Source: a virus
Lineage: Duplodnaviria; Caudoviricetes
Reading direction: 5' to 3' (one strand)
DNA length: 64,000 nt
IMG/VR virus record: IMGVR_UViG_3300021197_000485
Coordinates: 259-64,258 of that record
Of this stretch, positions 1 through 9,790 are shown piece after piece. Each line of letters starts with the position of its first letter. Position 1 is the stretch's first letter. Under the pieces are notes generated by a model that saw only the letters and a program-made list of their open reading frames with translations, did no database searches and was not told the origin of the DNA. Position numbers and translations under genes: made by a program.

Positions 1-1
1 A

Positions 2-169
2 CCCACAGGTGAGTTGTGTGGTACTGTAAAGGAACTGTTCCCTCCCATGATGCAGAATCACACCTACGGTGAGAAGACTGTTACGGAGATCCGAGGCATG
101 GCTATGGATAGACTCAATAGCCTGCATCAGAAGTACGGAACCGAAGAAGTAAAGGTAGAAATGTTATGA
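2..169 (+). CDS. partial hypothetical protein (5' truncated by window)
   Basis: Frame 2 is open from the window edge to TGA at 167-169, in the same orientation as all downstream genes. Confidence 0.45.
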   Translation, partial: PTGELCGTVKELFPPMMQNHTYGEKTVTEIRGMAMDRLNSLHQKYGTEEVKVEML

Positions 170-252
170 TTATTCCACATATGTTCTTGATTGGTGCTCG
201 ATTGTTTGTTATAATGGAGCCTGTTAGAATGTATCTTTGTTAGGAGACCCTT

Positions 253-603
253 ATGGGTATGGATGTGTATGGTGTTAACGAAGGTACTTACTTTCGTGCT
301 AACTGTTGGGGCTGGCGACCTATCGTTGAGGCTATCTGGGCAGCAGATCAAGGTGAACTACTTAGTGAAGACCTGCTTCAAGCCATGGGATTCAATGACG
401 GTGCTGGTCTACGTAATGAAGTAGCCTGCCATGAACTGGCAGACAAGCTAGAAGACTGGACCAATGAAAATGTAGAAGATACATACTCACCAGATATCTT
501 TAAGAACGAAGACGGCTCTAACTACTACGGTACAAGTAAGGGCAACCTTCTTGAGTTCGTTGGATTCCTTAGAGAATGTGGTGATGGATTTGAAGTGTGG
601 TAA
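253..603 (+). CDS. hypothetical early phage protein
   Basis: AGGAG SD upstream; MGMDVYG...FRANCWGWRP...FVGFLRECGDGFEVW resembles a common phage protein family. Confidence 0.8.
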   Translation: MGMDVYGVNEGTYFRANCWGWRPIVEAIWAADQGELLSEDLLQAMGFNDGAGLRNEVACHELADKLEDWTNENVEDTYSPDIFKNEDGSNYYGTSKGNLLEFVGFLRECGDGFEVW

Positions 604-706
604 AAACTACGTAGACAAGCCTAGACTGTAGTGATGGTGTGTAGTGGCTAGGATGAGGCCATAGAGAGGCCAAGAGTAGAAACATCTCTACTTACTGGAG
701 AACAAA

Positions 707-973
707 ATGCTAAAAGAGTTTTACGAAAACAATCCCAACCCTAACCTGTTGGGTAAAGTAATTAACCCCCCTTTGACAAGGCTTCAAGAAGTGTCTAATG
801 TATATGAACCTATTGAAGCCTATACAGAAAAATGGAAACATGTAGAAGACAGCAAGACAAGAACTTATGTTTCTGCTAATGCCATCCCCGGCACCAGAAA
901 ACGTAACGATCTTCCCCCTCTTTATATACAATGGAAAGAGGACTGGAAGACTCGGCGTGACAAAATACGATAA
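707..973 (+). CDS. hypothetical early protein
   Basis: GGAG SD, 88-aa ORF. Confidence 0.6.
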   Translation: MLKEFYENNPNPNLLGKVINPPLTRLQEVSNVYEPIEAYTEKWKHVEDSKTRTYVSANAIPGTRKRNDLPPLYIQWKEDWKTRRDKIR

Positions 974-1118
974 ATACAGCCAAGCCCTAAAGGCATTGGT
1001 CAAACATGCAAACAAACACAAGTGGTCTAATTCAGAGTTAGATCAATGGATGGATAAAAATAGAGAACCTACTCTACTAATTGCTAGAGTTAACAAACTA
1101 ACTGGAGATAATAAATGA
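867..1118 (+). CDS. hypothetical early protein
   Basis: ORF ends overlapping the next start (ATGA); overlaps the previous ORF, so the start is uncertain. Confidence 0.4.
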   Translation: MFLLMPSPAPENVTIFPLFIYNGKRTGRLGVTKYDKYSQALKALVKHANKHKWSNSELDQWMDKNREPTLLIARVNKLTGDNK

Positions 1119-1423
1119 CTCATTGTGGATACTTCCCAGCCTGTGCTTTCTTCACTTTCTATTTGGAGAATGATAACCTTTGCGTTGATGGTAAAGGTTC
1201 CGTAACTGGTGATGGGTATTGTGAGGACAGTTCATGGGATTCCCCCGGCTGTACTGATTACGAAATGAATTATGATACCCTAGAGATTGAAGGCTACATG
1301 TCTACGAAGGAAGGTAACTTTGAAGACTACGAAAAGCTAAGTCTTTACGGGCAAGAGGCTTACGATTTCCTCTGTGAAAACGGATGGGATGAGGAAGTAA
1401 CATGGGGTGCTGACCTTGATTGA
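1115..1423 (+). CDS. acidic hypothetical early protein
   Basis: GGAG SD, coupled start. Confidence 0.7.
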   Translation: MTHCGYFPACAFFTFYLENDNLCVDGKGSVTGDGYCEDSSWDSPGCTDYEMNYDTLEIEGYMSTKEGNFEDYEKLSLYGQEAYDFLCENGWDEEVTWGADLD

Positions 1424-1757
1424 AGCAGTCTTACTTAAAACTATTGAAGAAACAAAAACTAGAACCGCTAGGTTGTATAGACTCATTGGCGATACCCTTG
1501 CGGTATTGGATCATGAAACGCTAGAAGTGTCTAATGAAACAAGATACTTTATAGCGTCTAGAGTACACGCCAGTGATCATGGAGATTGGGAAACCCTTTT
1601 GTTTCCTGCGGACAAAGATGGAAACATTCTAAACTTCCTAGAAGTTTGGGGTATTAGAGGATGGGAACCTATCTATAAAACAGTACAGGAATTTATCGAC
1701 GAAAGGAATTATAGCTATGCAGAACGACTATGTTATAACGAAAATTCTGTGGACTGA
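1407..1757 (+). CDS. hypothetical early protein
   Basis: 116-aa ORF in a tightly packed operon; WETLLFPADKDGNI segment. Confidence 0.65.
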   Translation: MLTLIEAVLLKTIEETKTRTARLYRLIGDTLAVLDHETLEVSNETRYFIASRVHASDHGDWETLLFPADKDGNILNFLEVWGIRGWEPIYKTVQEFIDERNYSYAERLCYNENSVD

Positions 1758-1965
1758 CGCAGAAACATATGGAGATTCTTCTTGGATGAGACTTGAAGAA
1801 GGTATTGAGCAAGCCAATACTCCACCACCGTTGATGTCTAGCGTAGGCTGGGTATTGTATCAAGATAACGACTACATTGCTATTACTTCTGACCTTGGGC
1901 CTGAAGAGTGTGGTCAAATTACTAAGATTCCAAAGACTATGATTAAGGAAATTGAAACACTATGA
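1717..1965 (+). CDS. conserved hypothetical phage protein
   Basis: ILWTDA...SVGWVL...IPKTMI pattern typical of a widespread small phage family. Confidence 0.7.
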   Translation: MQNDYVITKILWTDAETYGDSSWMRLEEGIEQANTPPPLMSSVGWVLYQDNDYIAITSDLGPEECGQITKIPKTMIKEIETL

Positions 1966-2246
1966 GTGCAATTTATGAGATTACGGACACTGTACGATCT
2001 TACGTATATCAATCCTGTTGGTATATGGAAGTTCAAAATGATACAGGTGCGAACGAAAATGAAATGGACACAGCAGTAGAACCCTTGATTGATAATATTG
2101 CTGATGATGTTTGGTCTGACCTTGAGATTCTAATTGAAGGATGGCTTGACCGGCATGGTGAGCGATACAAGGAAGATCTCCTTGCAAATGTTATGGTAGA
2201 AATTAATGCAAAGGAAAACGATGACTACTACACATTGGAAGACTGA
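1962..2246 (+). CDS. acidic hypothetical protein
   Basis: Coupled ATGA start, AAGGA SD. Confidence 0.7.
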   Translation: MSAIYEITDTVRSYVYQSCWYMEVQNDTGANENEMDTAVEPLIDNIADDVWSDLEILIEGWLDRHGERYKEDLLANVMVEINAKENDDYYTLED

Positions 2247-2529
2247 TGATTGGAAGACTGAGACTGGCCTCGATATGTGGGGTAACGACGAAGGCAACCC
2301 CATGTATGGTATCCCGCCTAGCGATGATCCTTATTGGGAGGATCGACACACCAAAGACTTTGATGAAGAGTCTTATTGGCTACGTCGTGAGGCTGAGTAC
2401 TGGTTCGTAGTAGCCAAGAGTATGTACGTAGCTGCTGGTGGACATAAACTGTGTTCCTTTGGTGCTAAGACTTTGTTTGAATCATACTCTATGTTCTTTG
2501 AGGAGAAAAACTATGGACCTCTTGACTGA
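2221..2529 (+). CDS. hypothetical protein
   Basis: AAGGA SD before ATG 2221. Confidence 0.65.
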   Translation: MTTTHWKTDDWKTETGLDMWGNDEGNPMYGIPPSDDPYWEDRHTKDFDEESYWLRREAEYWFVVAKSMYVAAGGHKLCSFGAKTLFESYSMFFEEKNYGPLD

Positions 2530-2656
2530 ACCTAACTGGAAAAATGTTGCAGAAAATTTCTGGTATGCTGCCTTCCATGGAGATAACGATCTCATGGAGC
2601 ACATGATAGAAAGATACACTGATTGGTTTGATGAGGATGATACAGATGTCGAATAA
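2513..2656 (+). CDS. small acidic hypothetical protein
   Basis: GAGGAG SD before ATG 2513. Confidence 0.6.
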   Translation: MDLLTEPNWKNVAENFWYAAFHGDNDLMEHMIERYTDWFDEDDTDVE

Positions 2657-2891
2657 AGTATTTGAAGTAAGAATCAATGTCACAAGTACAACGTGGGACA
2701 GTGCCTATGCTTATGTCGAAGCCAAGACTGAGGAAGAAGCAAAGGAAATGTTCGAAGAAAATCCCTACAACTTTGAATGGGATGGGTGGGAAACCCATGA
2801 CAGTGAGACTCGTGACTGGGAAGTTGATAGCATAGAGTATGATGAGTTCATGACTAACCGTATGAAGGAGAAGAACAGTGAAGAAGTTTGA
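2646..2891 (+). CDS. small acidic protein (VEAxxEEEA motif)
   Basis: GAGGA SD; KVFEVRINV...VEAKTEEEAKE. Confidence 0.65.
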   Translation: MSNKVFEVRINVTSTTWDSAYAYVEAKTEEEAKEMFEENPYNFEWDGWETHDSETRDWEVDSIEYDEFMTNRMKEKNSEEV

Positions 2892-3162
2892 AGTGTATAT
2901 CAATGTCGAAGATGTATACTCGTTCCGGGTAGAAGCTGAAGACACTGAACAAGTAGATGAAATCATTCAAGCAATGTTTGATGAGTACGGAATGGACTTC
3001 CATTCCTTCTTGGCAGACCGCCGAGCTGATAAGGGTAGGCATGATGTCCTGTCTGATTATCAGATTGATATCCTTGAGATCATTCCTGCTGATCAGGCTG
3101 ACCAAATCATTATGGAAAATAAACTTACCGAACGAATGATGCATGAGGACCTTGATGACTAA
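2878..3162 (+). CDS. small acidic protein, resembles preceding ORF
   Basis: AAGGAG SD, GTG start; KKFEVYINV...VEAED. Confidence 0.65.
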   Translation: MKKFEVYINVEDVYSFRVEAEDTEQVDEIIQAMFDEYGMDFHSFLADRRADKGRHDVLSDYQIDILEIIPADQADQIIMENKLTERMMHEDLDD

Positions 3163-3180
3163 CCCACAATATGGTATACT
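3152..3180 (+). promoter_or_regulatory. candidate host sigma70 promoter
   Basis: TTGATG-17 nt-TATACT with TG extended -10. Confidence 0.35.
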
Positions 3181-3367
3181 ATTATTTGGTGATGGTCATG
3201 AAGATGGTACTTGGATGTCAGAGGGATGGTTTCAAGATGAGTTTAGTGAGTGGCACCCTATCCCTGCCTTGTACAAAACTCTAAGAGAAGCAAAAAGTGA
3301 TGCAACTCTCTTCCAAAAAGATAGCAAGTATAAATATATTCCTACAAAATATAAAGAAATGTCTTGA
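3155..3367 (+). CDS. hypothetical protein
   Basis: GAGGA SD before ATG 3155. Confidence 0.6.
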   Translation: MTNPQYGILLFGDGHEDGTWMSEGWFQDEFSEWHPIPALYKTLREAKSDATLFQKDSKYKYIPTKYKEMS

Positions 3368-3391
3368 CTTACGTCGATAACAATGTATAAT
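3364..3391 (+). promoter_or_regulatory. candidate host sigma70 promoter
   Basis: TTGACT-16 nt-TATAAT in an intergenic gap. Confidence 0.55.
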
Positions 3392-3405
3392 ACATAGGAC
3401 ATAGG

Positions 3406-3600
3406 ATGAAACAGATTCAAATTACAATTAGTAAACGCGCATTAGATGAACTCCTTAAACTTAACCACATACAAGATTACACAGACGATGGATTCGTCTT
3501 TAAAGAAGAAGCTGGGTGGATTCCGGCTGGTGATATCTTGGAGAATATGATTTATTCGGAGGTTTCGTATGAGGAGAAGAAGACAGGACGACAAGACTAA
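3406..3600 (+). CDS. hypothetical protein
   Basis: AGGA SD, downstream of the candidate promoter. Confidence 0.6.
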   Translation: MKQIQITISKRALDELLKLNHIQDYTDDGFVFKEEAGWIPAGDILENMIYSEVSYEEKKTGRQD

Positions 3601-3751
3601 ATCAGACTATACTCGTCCAAAAAAGAAAAGAAAATACCCTACCCGTAAGAAGGTAAAGGATACCCTACGTGATTGGGAATCTACGGATTGGGAAAATTTA
3701 ACTAGTGATAAAATCGAAGGAAACAACGATGCACGAAATGACAGAGAATGA
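3569..3751 (+). CDS. small basic hypothetical protein
   Basis: GGAGG SD before ATG. Confidence 0.55.
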   Translation: MRRRRQDDKTKSDYTRPKKKRKYPTRKKVKDTLRDWESTDWENLTSDKIEGNNDARNDRE

Positions 3752-4706
3752 TTCTGCCGCATATTTCAAGTTCCCTGCATGGCATGGCCTTGGCAATGTC
3801 ATCGAAGATCCCATTGATATCTGGGATGGTATGACACAGGCCGGTCTTGATTGGTCTGTTAGCAAACACAAGGGTATCTCGGTTGGTGGTAATGGATACA
3901 TTTACTCCCCCGACTACCATGCTATAGTACGTGACGATACTAATACTATTCTTGGTATTGTAAGTGAGCAGTACAAAATTCTTCAGAACGAAGAAATCTT
4001 TCGTCTTGCTCAATGCTTTGGCTCTGATGCCAAGGTAGAAAGCGCTGGCTCTATTCAGGATGGTCGTAAGATCTACCTGCTTCTTAGAGGCACCCCGTTT
4101 GATGCTATCCAAGGTGATACTGTCGAGCGATACATGGCCCTACTGTGGGGACACGACGGTACGCTGTCGGCTCACATGTTCCCTACTTCCATCCGTGTTG
4201 TGTGTAAGAACACCATGGACATGGCGATGGGTTCGGCAAGTAGGAAGGTTATTATTAAACACTCTGGAGATATCGAGAGCAAGCTTGAGTTTGCTCGTGA
4301 GGCTATCTCTAGATTCAAAGAGACTGGTAGTTTGTTTGCAGTGAACACTCAGCAACTTGCGGCTGTTCCTACTGACACTGCTACTATTAATAAGTTCTTC
4401 TGGAATATCTTTGAGAGTATGCACGGAGCAATCCCTGTTAATCCAACGACTGAGAAAGAAGAACTACAGAAGGTAAAGGCTGTAACTACAATGTCCAAGT
4501 GGGTAGAAACCCTTGAGGATGAAGCCAAAGACTTTGGCGTTAACCTTTGGATTGCAGCAAATGCCGTGACGAATGACATCCAACACAGCGTTGGTTCCCG
4601 TGGACGCAAGAAGACCCCCGCTTCTGCTGCCTATGGTAACCTTGTTGGTAAGGGTGCTAAGGATTCGTCTAAGGTACTTGCCGCAGCTATTCAAATGGCA
4701 AAGTAA
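3729..4706 (+). CDS. DUF932-family phage/plasmid protein
   Basis: PAWHGLG, AGLDWSV, LGIVSEQYKILQN, ESAGSIQDGRKIY, HDGT, IRVVCKNT, KHSG motifs; AAGGA SD. Confidence 0.9.
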   Translation: MHEMTENDSAAYFKFPAWHGLGNVIEDPIDIWDGMTQAGLDWSVSKHKGISVGGNGYIYSPDYHAIVRDDTNTILGIVSEQYKILQNEEIFRLAQCFGSDAKVESAGSIQDGRKIYLLLRGTPFDAIQGDTVERYMALLWGHDGTLSAHMFPTSIRVVCKNTMDMAMGSASRKVIIKHSGDIESKLEFAREAISRFKETGSLFAVNTQQLAAVPTDTATINKFFWNIFESMHGAIPVNPTTEKEELQKVKAVTTMSKWVETLEDEAKDFGVNLWIAANAVTNDIQHSVGSRGRKKTPASAAYGNLVGKGAKDSSKVLAAAIQMAK

Positions 4707-4721
4707 ACAGCTAATCGAACG

Positions 4722-4760
4722 GGGGGTGGGGATTCAATCGCGAGTAAGCGCCCCACCCCC
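4722..4760 (+). promoter_or_regulatory. GC-rich hairpin (terminator or RNase III processing site)
   Basis: GGGGGTGGGG...CCCCACCCCC inverted repeat between genes; no strong U-tract. Confidence 0.45.
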
Positions 4761-4782
4761 TTAGTAGATCAAGGAGAAACTT

Positions 4783-5073
4783 ATGGAACGTGAACATGAC
4801 CAAGGTTATGGTGGCACTTTCAATGCACACAAACATTGGAAGAAGCTAAGAGAAAAACACAGGAAAGACGACGCTCACCGGGCAAGAGGTGGTAGTAGAA
4901 TTTGGAAGCCTGAAGTATACCGTTCAACTGGTGCTGGCAAAGGCGATGTTGAAAGAGAATCTAACGTACCCAAAGAACTCTATGATTTAAATTTTGATCT
5001 TGCTTTTGGTAATATTACACGGGAAGAGTACGAAACAAAACTTAAGGAACTTACTAGTGAAAACATGGAATAG
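4783..5073 (+). CDS. hypothetical protein upstream of RNAP
   Basis: AAGGAG SD; GAGKGD motif. Confidence 0.75.
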   Translation: MEREHDQGYGGTFNAHKHWKKLREKHRKDDAHRARGGSRIWKPEVYRSTGAGKGDVERESNVPKELYDLNFDLAFGNITREEYETKLKELTSENME

Positions 5074-7501
5074 TTTACCTGAGTCTGTACAATTAACAAA
5101 AATAGAATCCCAATATGATTATGAACGTAAGATGTTAGATTACGGTCGAGAAAGATATTGGCGTGACTATAACAGAGCACCCGACGAGGGTATCCCTGAA
5201 CAGGAGCTAATCGATTCTTCTGTTTTGGAACTCGAGTCTGTCTATCAGGAGTGGATTGATAATGTATGTCAGTCTACCAAGTCTCCTCAATGGTTGTACC
5301 CCCTGTTAGAGATAGGCGCTCGTAAGATGGCTGACATAACTATGCGTGCCGTCATTCGTAGCTGGTTCTCTAGTGGATTCTGGGGATACAGATGGAATGA
5401 AGAGCAACACACCCCTCCTCTGGCTCAATCCGTAGCTACTCAGATCGCACAGGATGCTTGTGACATCATGGGGTTTCAACGAGCTAAAGAAACTAAACGT
5501 GAAGACTGGATGCGACAGTCTAAGTTTATAAAGAACTGGACTACTAAAAGATGTAAGGCATTTGCATTAAAGATGGGTGAGAATATAAACCTGTCCATTA
5601 AACAGAAGCATGACTTTGGTCATCACATGTTGCGTATAGCCGCATGCTCTAACATTATCCTCCTTAATCCTAAGACTATTAAAAAGGGTAAGATGTTTAA
5701 GAAGTATACCTTTGTAGAAATACACGGAGATGTACTTAAAGAACTGCACCAACGCCATCAACTATTAGAAACATCCTCTCTTATCTATCGACCAATGCTT
5801 GCCCCTCCAGAAGAGCATACACTGATTGAATCAGGGGGGTATCAGACTATCACCATACGGAAACCCGTAGTACAGGGCTATCGATCCAACTTCTTTGGTG
5901 AGTACCCCAAATCCCAGAAGTTTTCCGAGCCTTCTCAATTGGTGCTGGATGGTTTAAATAATCAAATGAAAACCGAATGGACTATTAATGAGCCCGTGCT
6001 TGATGTCATGGAAACCATGTTTGAAAACAACAGTGGCCTAGCTAACCTCCCCTATTATTCCTTTGAAGAGTTCATGTTTAATGAGCCCTTCCCTAAAGGT
6101 GGGTCAAAAGAAGAGCAAGCCATTTGGTGCCAGAAACGTGAAGAGGCGTGGGGTGAGTGGTATAAGCAGGAGCAAGGCCGTGGCCGTATGCTGGTCAGGA
6201 TCAAGCTCGCTAAGGATCTTATCCCTCATAAGTTCTTCTATCACGTATACACCCTTGACTTTAGAGGCAGGTCTTACACCACCTGTGAGCTACTGTCACC
6301 GCAATCTTCTGACCTAGATCGAGGCTTGATCATGTTAAAGAATGGGCAGAAGCTGACTGAACGTGGCCGATACTGGCAAAAGATAAACTTAGCTAACCTA
6401 TTCGATCAAGATAAACTACCATTTAATTTAAGAATTGAGTGGGTAGATAACAACTGGGCTATGATTAAACGAATATCAGAAGACCCATATAGTAACAGGG
6501 AGTGGATTGACGATGCCAAGAAAAAGAATAAATCTTTTCAGCGTCTTGCTGCTGTTTTTGATATATGCCGGGATGACGGTTATAGCTACATTGCAACTAA
6601 CCTAGACGGTAAATGCAATGGTAACCAACATCTTAGTGCTATCATGGCTGACCCTATCATTGCTAAACTTACCGGCGTGAGTCCCTCACATACCCCAGAA
6701 GATTTATATCAACATGTTGCAGATGTAACTACAATGTATTGTACTGAACATCAGAATGAAAATGATTGGCATGTAGAGTTTCTTGATCATTGGGAATCAG
6801 AAATCCCTAGAAATGTAACCAAACGTTCTACTATGTGTGATGCGTATGGTCTTACATTTTATGGGATACAGAAATATCTTAAGGTTGAAGGACACTTAGA
6901 TTGGATAGCCAGAGAAAGAGTTGGTGGTGCTATTGTAGAGTTGGCGAGAGCTATACAAGCTAGCCTTAACTCTTCTCTTGTAGAGCCTAACAAAGCCAAG
7001 TCTTATTTAAAGTCAGTTACTTCTAAAGCAAACGAACTTAATAAACACTTAAGCTGGACTACACCCAGCGGATTTAAGGTAGTACATTACTACAACCAAG
7101 TACAAACTCGTCGTTCCTTAGCAAAATTGTTTAACAATAAGGAACTTACTTTCTTTGTGCGCACCTGTGATGTGGATACAAGAGGGGCAATACAAGCTAT
7201 CTCCCCTAACTTTGTACACTCATTAGATGCTGCACATATGTTTATGACTATAAAGGGGATGGCCTTGAAAGGTATTGAAGATTACTGTATGATACACGAC
7301 TCCTTTGGTTGTCACCCCAATCAAGTGGATGATATGCTTCTTTGTATTAAAGAAGAATTCTTAAAGATACATAGTGAAAATCAGTTGGAAAAATTTAAGA
7401 TAGAGATTGAACATCAATTAGGAATCCAACTGCCACCTATCCCTGAGAGGGGAAACTTAGATTTGTCCGGGGTACTAGAGTCCCAATACTTCTTCGCATA
7501 A
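5057..7501 (+). CDS. T7-type single-subunit DNA-directed RNA polymerase
   Basis: DFRGR, motif A LDGKCNGNQH, motif B RNVTKRSTMCDAYG, SPNFVHSLDAAH, motif C IHDSFG, C-terminal YFFA; probable GTG start 5057 after AAGGA. Confidence 0.97.
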   Translation: MKTWNSLPESVQLTKIESQYDYERKMLDYGRERYWRDYNRAPDEGIPEQELIDSSVLELESVYQEWIDNVCQSTKSPQWLYPLLEIGARKMADITMRAVIRSWFSSGFWGYRWNEEQHTPPLAQSVATQIAQDACDIMGFQRAKETKREDWMRQSKFIKNWTTKRCKAFALKMGENINLSIKQKHDFGHHMLRIAACSNIILLNPKTIKKGKMFKKYTFVEIHGDVLKELHQRHQLLETSSLIYRPMLAPPEEHTLIESGGYQTITIRKPVVQGYRSNFFGEYPKSQKFSEPSQLVLDGLNNQMKTEWTINEPVLDVMETMFENNSGLANLPYYSFEEFMFNEPFPKGGSKEEQAIWCQKREEAWGEWYKQEQGRGRMLVRIKLAKDLIPHKFFYHVYTLDFRGRSYTTCELLSPQSSDLDRGLIMLKNGQKLTERGRYWQKINLANLFDQDKLPFNLRIEWVDNNWAMIKRISEDPYSNREWIDDAKKKNKSFQRLAAVFDICRDDGYSYIATNLDGKCNGNQHLSAIMADPIIAKLTGVSPSHTPEDLYQHVADVTTMYCTEHQNENDWHVEFLDHWESEIPRNVTKRSTMCDAYGLTFYGIQKYLKVEGHLDWIARERVGGAIVELARAIQASLNSSLVEPNKAKSYLKSVTSKANELNKHLSWTTPSGFKVVHYYNQVQTRRSLAKLFNNKELTFFVRTCDVDTRGAIQAISPNFVHSLDAAHMFMTIKGMALKGIEDYCMIHDSFGCHPNQVDDMLLCIKEEFLKIHSENQLEKFKIEIEHQLGIQLPPIPERGNLDLSGVLESQYFFA

Positions 7502-7511
7502 GGAGAGTGAC

Positions 7512-7757
7512 ATGACGCATTTAATAGTAGACAATGAAGGTGAAATTGAAATCAGTATTGATATGGCTGTTGGACTAGCCAAACTATCAAAGGAACCTAT
7601 TACATTAGAGCTTTCGTTTCCTAGTGTTGGGTTAATGAAAATTTTCTCGGCTAATTTATTTAACTCTTTCATTACTCGAAAAGTTCCAAGCGATAATAAG
7701 TTAGAATTAATTTTAAATATTCCTGAGGAGGGAAGCGATGACCTTTTCAGACCCTGA
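7512..7757 (+). CDS. hypothetical protein (paralog A)
   Basis: AAGGAG SD; LSFPSVGLMKIF shared with next ORF. Confidence 0.7.
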   Translation: MTHLIVDNEGEIEISIDMAVGLAKLSKEPITLELSFPSVGLMKIFSANLFNSFITRKVPSDNKLELILNIPEEGSDDLFRP

Positions 7758-7774
7758 TTACTTTTACGTAGAGG

Positions 7775-8038
7775 TTGAAGAAGGAGATGGGATCTGTATT
7801 GATATACCAGATTCCTATTATGATGATGAAGATATCGATTGAGAGTGAGGGAGATCTTGAACTAGGTATTAAAACCATGTTAAGGTTAGCAGTATTAGAC
7901 GGTAAGAAAACCGTAATGCTTTGTTTCCCTAGTCAAGGGCTATGTCAAATCTTTTTCGAGAATGTACTCGAAACATTTGAGTTGTTAGATATAAAAGATC
8001 CCGTAAACATTGATGCTATTCTGGTCATGCCAGAATGA
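7775..8038 (+). CDS. hypothetical protein (paralog B)
   Basis: LCFPSQGLCQIF; start uncertain. Confidence 0.65.
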   Translation: MKKEMGSVLIYQIPIMMMKISIESEGDLELGIKTMLRLAVLDGKKTVMLCFPSQGLCQIFFENVLETFELLDIKDPVNIDAILVMPE

Positions 8039-8048
8039 GGAGTTAATT

Positions 8049-8711
8049 ATGAGTAGAGTATTAGTTATAGGTGACCTACACCTACCAGCAGAACGTGAGG
8101 ATTACCTCGAGTTTTGTAAACATCTAAAGAAAAAGTACAAGACAACTGAAACAGTTTTTATTGGTGATGTATTAGATCATCATGCTATTTCTTTTCACCA
8201 GAAGAATCCTGATGCTGACTCCGCAGTTGCAGAGTATCACAGGTCAATGGTGAACATGAAGGCTTGGAAGAAGTCGTTCCCTAATGCTAAGGTATGCATT
8301 GGTAATCATGACGAAAGAATCCAAAGACTGTCAGGCTCCGCTGGTATTCCAGCAATGTACTTAAAGGATTACTCAGAAATATTTGACACACCTAATTGGG
8401 AGTGGGGATATGAGTGGGTAATAGATAACGTTACGTACACCCATGGTACTGGTACTTCTTCAGGAAATACTCCGGCATTCAATGCCGCCAAGGTTAGAGC
8501 ACAGAGCACTGTCAGTGGACACGTTCACTCCGTAGCTTCAATCAATTGGATGCGTGGTCCTAATGGGCAAAAGATTTTTGGTTTTAATGTTCCCTGTGGG
8601 GTTGACATGCACCACAAATTAATGTATTATAGTAAGAACTTTCTAAAGAAGCCAGTCAACGGGGCTGGCGTAGTAATTGATGGACATCCTTACATGGAGA
8701 TTATGGACTAA
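8049..8711 (+). CDS. calcineurin-like metallophosphoesterase
   Basis: GDLH, GDVLD, GNHD, THG, GHVH motifs; GAGGAG SD. Confidence 0.92.
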   Translation: MSRVLVIGDLHLPAEREDYLEFCKHLKKKYKTTETVFIGDVLDHHAISFHQKNPDADSAVAEYHRSMVNMKAWKKSFPNAKVCIGNHDERIQRLSGSAGIPAMYLKDYSEIFDTPNWEWGYEWVIDNVTYTHGTGTSSGNTPAFNAAKVRAQSTVSGHVHSVASINWMRGPNGQKIFGFNVPCGVDMHHKLMYYSKNFLKKPVNGAGVVIDGHPYMEIMD

Positions 8712-8902
8712 TGGATGAACAGAACACACAAGTAGCAGCGGACCCGGATAGTATTTGGATTCCGCTCGAAGAAGTAGAGAAGTTTGTGGCACACATTCGT
8801 AATATGCTTGCCATGACAATTGATAGTATTGACAGCTCAATGGAAGCTGTAAAGAATCATGTTAACACAGAAGGAGATAATAATGATGACAACGAAGATT
8901 AA
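8711..8902 (+). CDS. small hypothetical protein
   Basis: Coupled TAATG start. Confidence 0.6.
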   Translation: MDEQNTQVAADPDSIWIPLEEVEKFVAHIRNMLAMTIDSIDSSMEAVKNHVNTEGDNNDDNED

Positions 8903-9407
8903 CCCTTTCACCACTGACACCCTTGAGGTTAAGTGGGCTCACCTCCACGCACCGGATGACAAGTTCGGAGCAGACTCAGCTAACCACAACATCACTGTTG
9001 TTGTTGACGAAGAGCTTCAGAAGAAGCTGGATCAACTGGTGCAAGAAAATGGCGCCACCAAAATCAACGGCCTTCGTACCGATGATGATGGCTTGGTTAC
9101 CCTTAAGGCAAAGTCAAAGACTTTTGTCAAGAAGGATGTTCGTGTATTCCCTTGTCGGGATGCTGGTGCTAGTCGCACTGAAGCAGTTCCGTTTGGTGGA
9201 GATGCAGTTCGCCTTCGCCTTGCCCCTGCGTTGCTTACGCGGGATGGCTCAATGAGCCTGTACTTGAATGGCGTTCAGATCATTACGAAGAACGCCTTCG
9301 AGGATAGCGGCTTCGAAGCCACCGATGGTTTCGATGGTTCTAACTTCATCCCTCCAACGGAGAAGAATGAAGAATCCGACGAAACCGTAGATGATATGCC
9401 ATTCTGA
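8883..9407 (+). CDS. ssDNA-binding protein (T7 gp2.5-like)
   Basis: WAHLHAPDDKF, LKAKSK, GGDAVRL, SLYLNGVQII, acidic tail ending in DDMPF. Confidence 0.88.
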   Translation: MMTTKINPFTTDTLEVKWAHLHAPDDKFGADSANHNITVVVDEELQKKLDQLVQENGATKINGLRTDDDGLVTLKAKSKTFVKKDVRVFPCRDAGASRTEAVPFGGDAVRLRLAPALLTRDGSMSLYLNGVQIITKNAFEDSGFEATDGFDGSNFIPPTEKNEESDETVDDMPF

Positions 9408-9790
9408 TGCCAGAGTGGCTATTCCCTCTTAGTCCTGTAGCAGCAAGTAGGCCCCGTGTTTCACGGCACGGGGCTTACTTTGCTGGCCCTTATAAATACT
9501 TCAGGGCTGAGTGTACCGAAGTTATTCCTCTAATTCTTGGGGATTCCTTTGAGCCATATGATGAACCTTTAAAGGTTGATGTTGAAATTTATGTTAAGCA
9601 ACCCAAGAAAACTAAATTACTCGTACCAAAAGCAGACATTGATAACTATCTTAAGGCTATCTTCGATGTGCTTAATGGTAAACTGTGGAGAGATGACACC
9701 TTAATTCATGAGGTCTATGCTGTTAAAAGCTGGGATCGCAAGGGTGGACATGGTTACTTTACTGTTGGAGTAGATCCGTTAGGCCAGTAG
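9407..9790 (+). CDS. rusA: RusA-family Holliday junction resolvase
   Basis: PVAASRPR, DIDNYLKAIFDVLNG...WRDD catalytic motif. Confidence 0.9.
   Translation: MPEWLFPLSPVAASRPRVSRHGAYFAGPYKYFRAECTEVIPLILGDSFEPYDEPLKVDVEIYVKQPKKTKLLVPKADIDNYLKAIFDVLNGKLWRDDTLIHEVYAVKSWDRKGGHGYFTVGVDPLGQ

Noticed and set aside
773-801. TTGACA -35 box
   Set aside because: Intragenic, with a poor -10 at acceptable spacing
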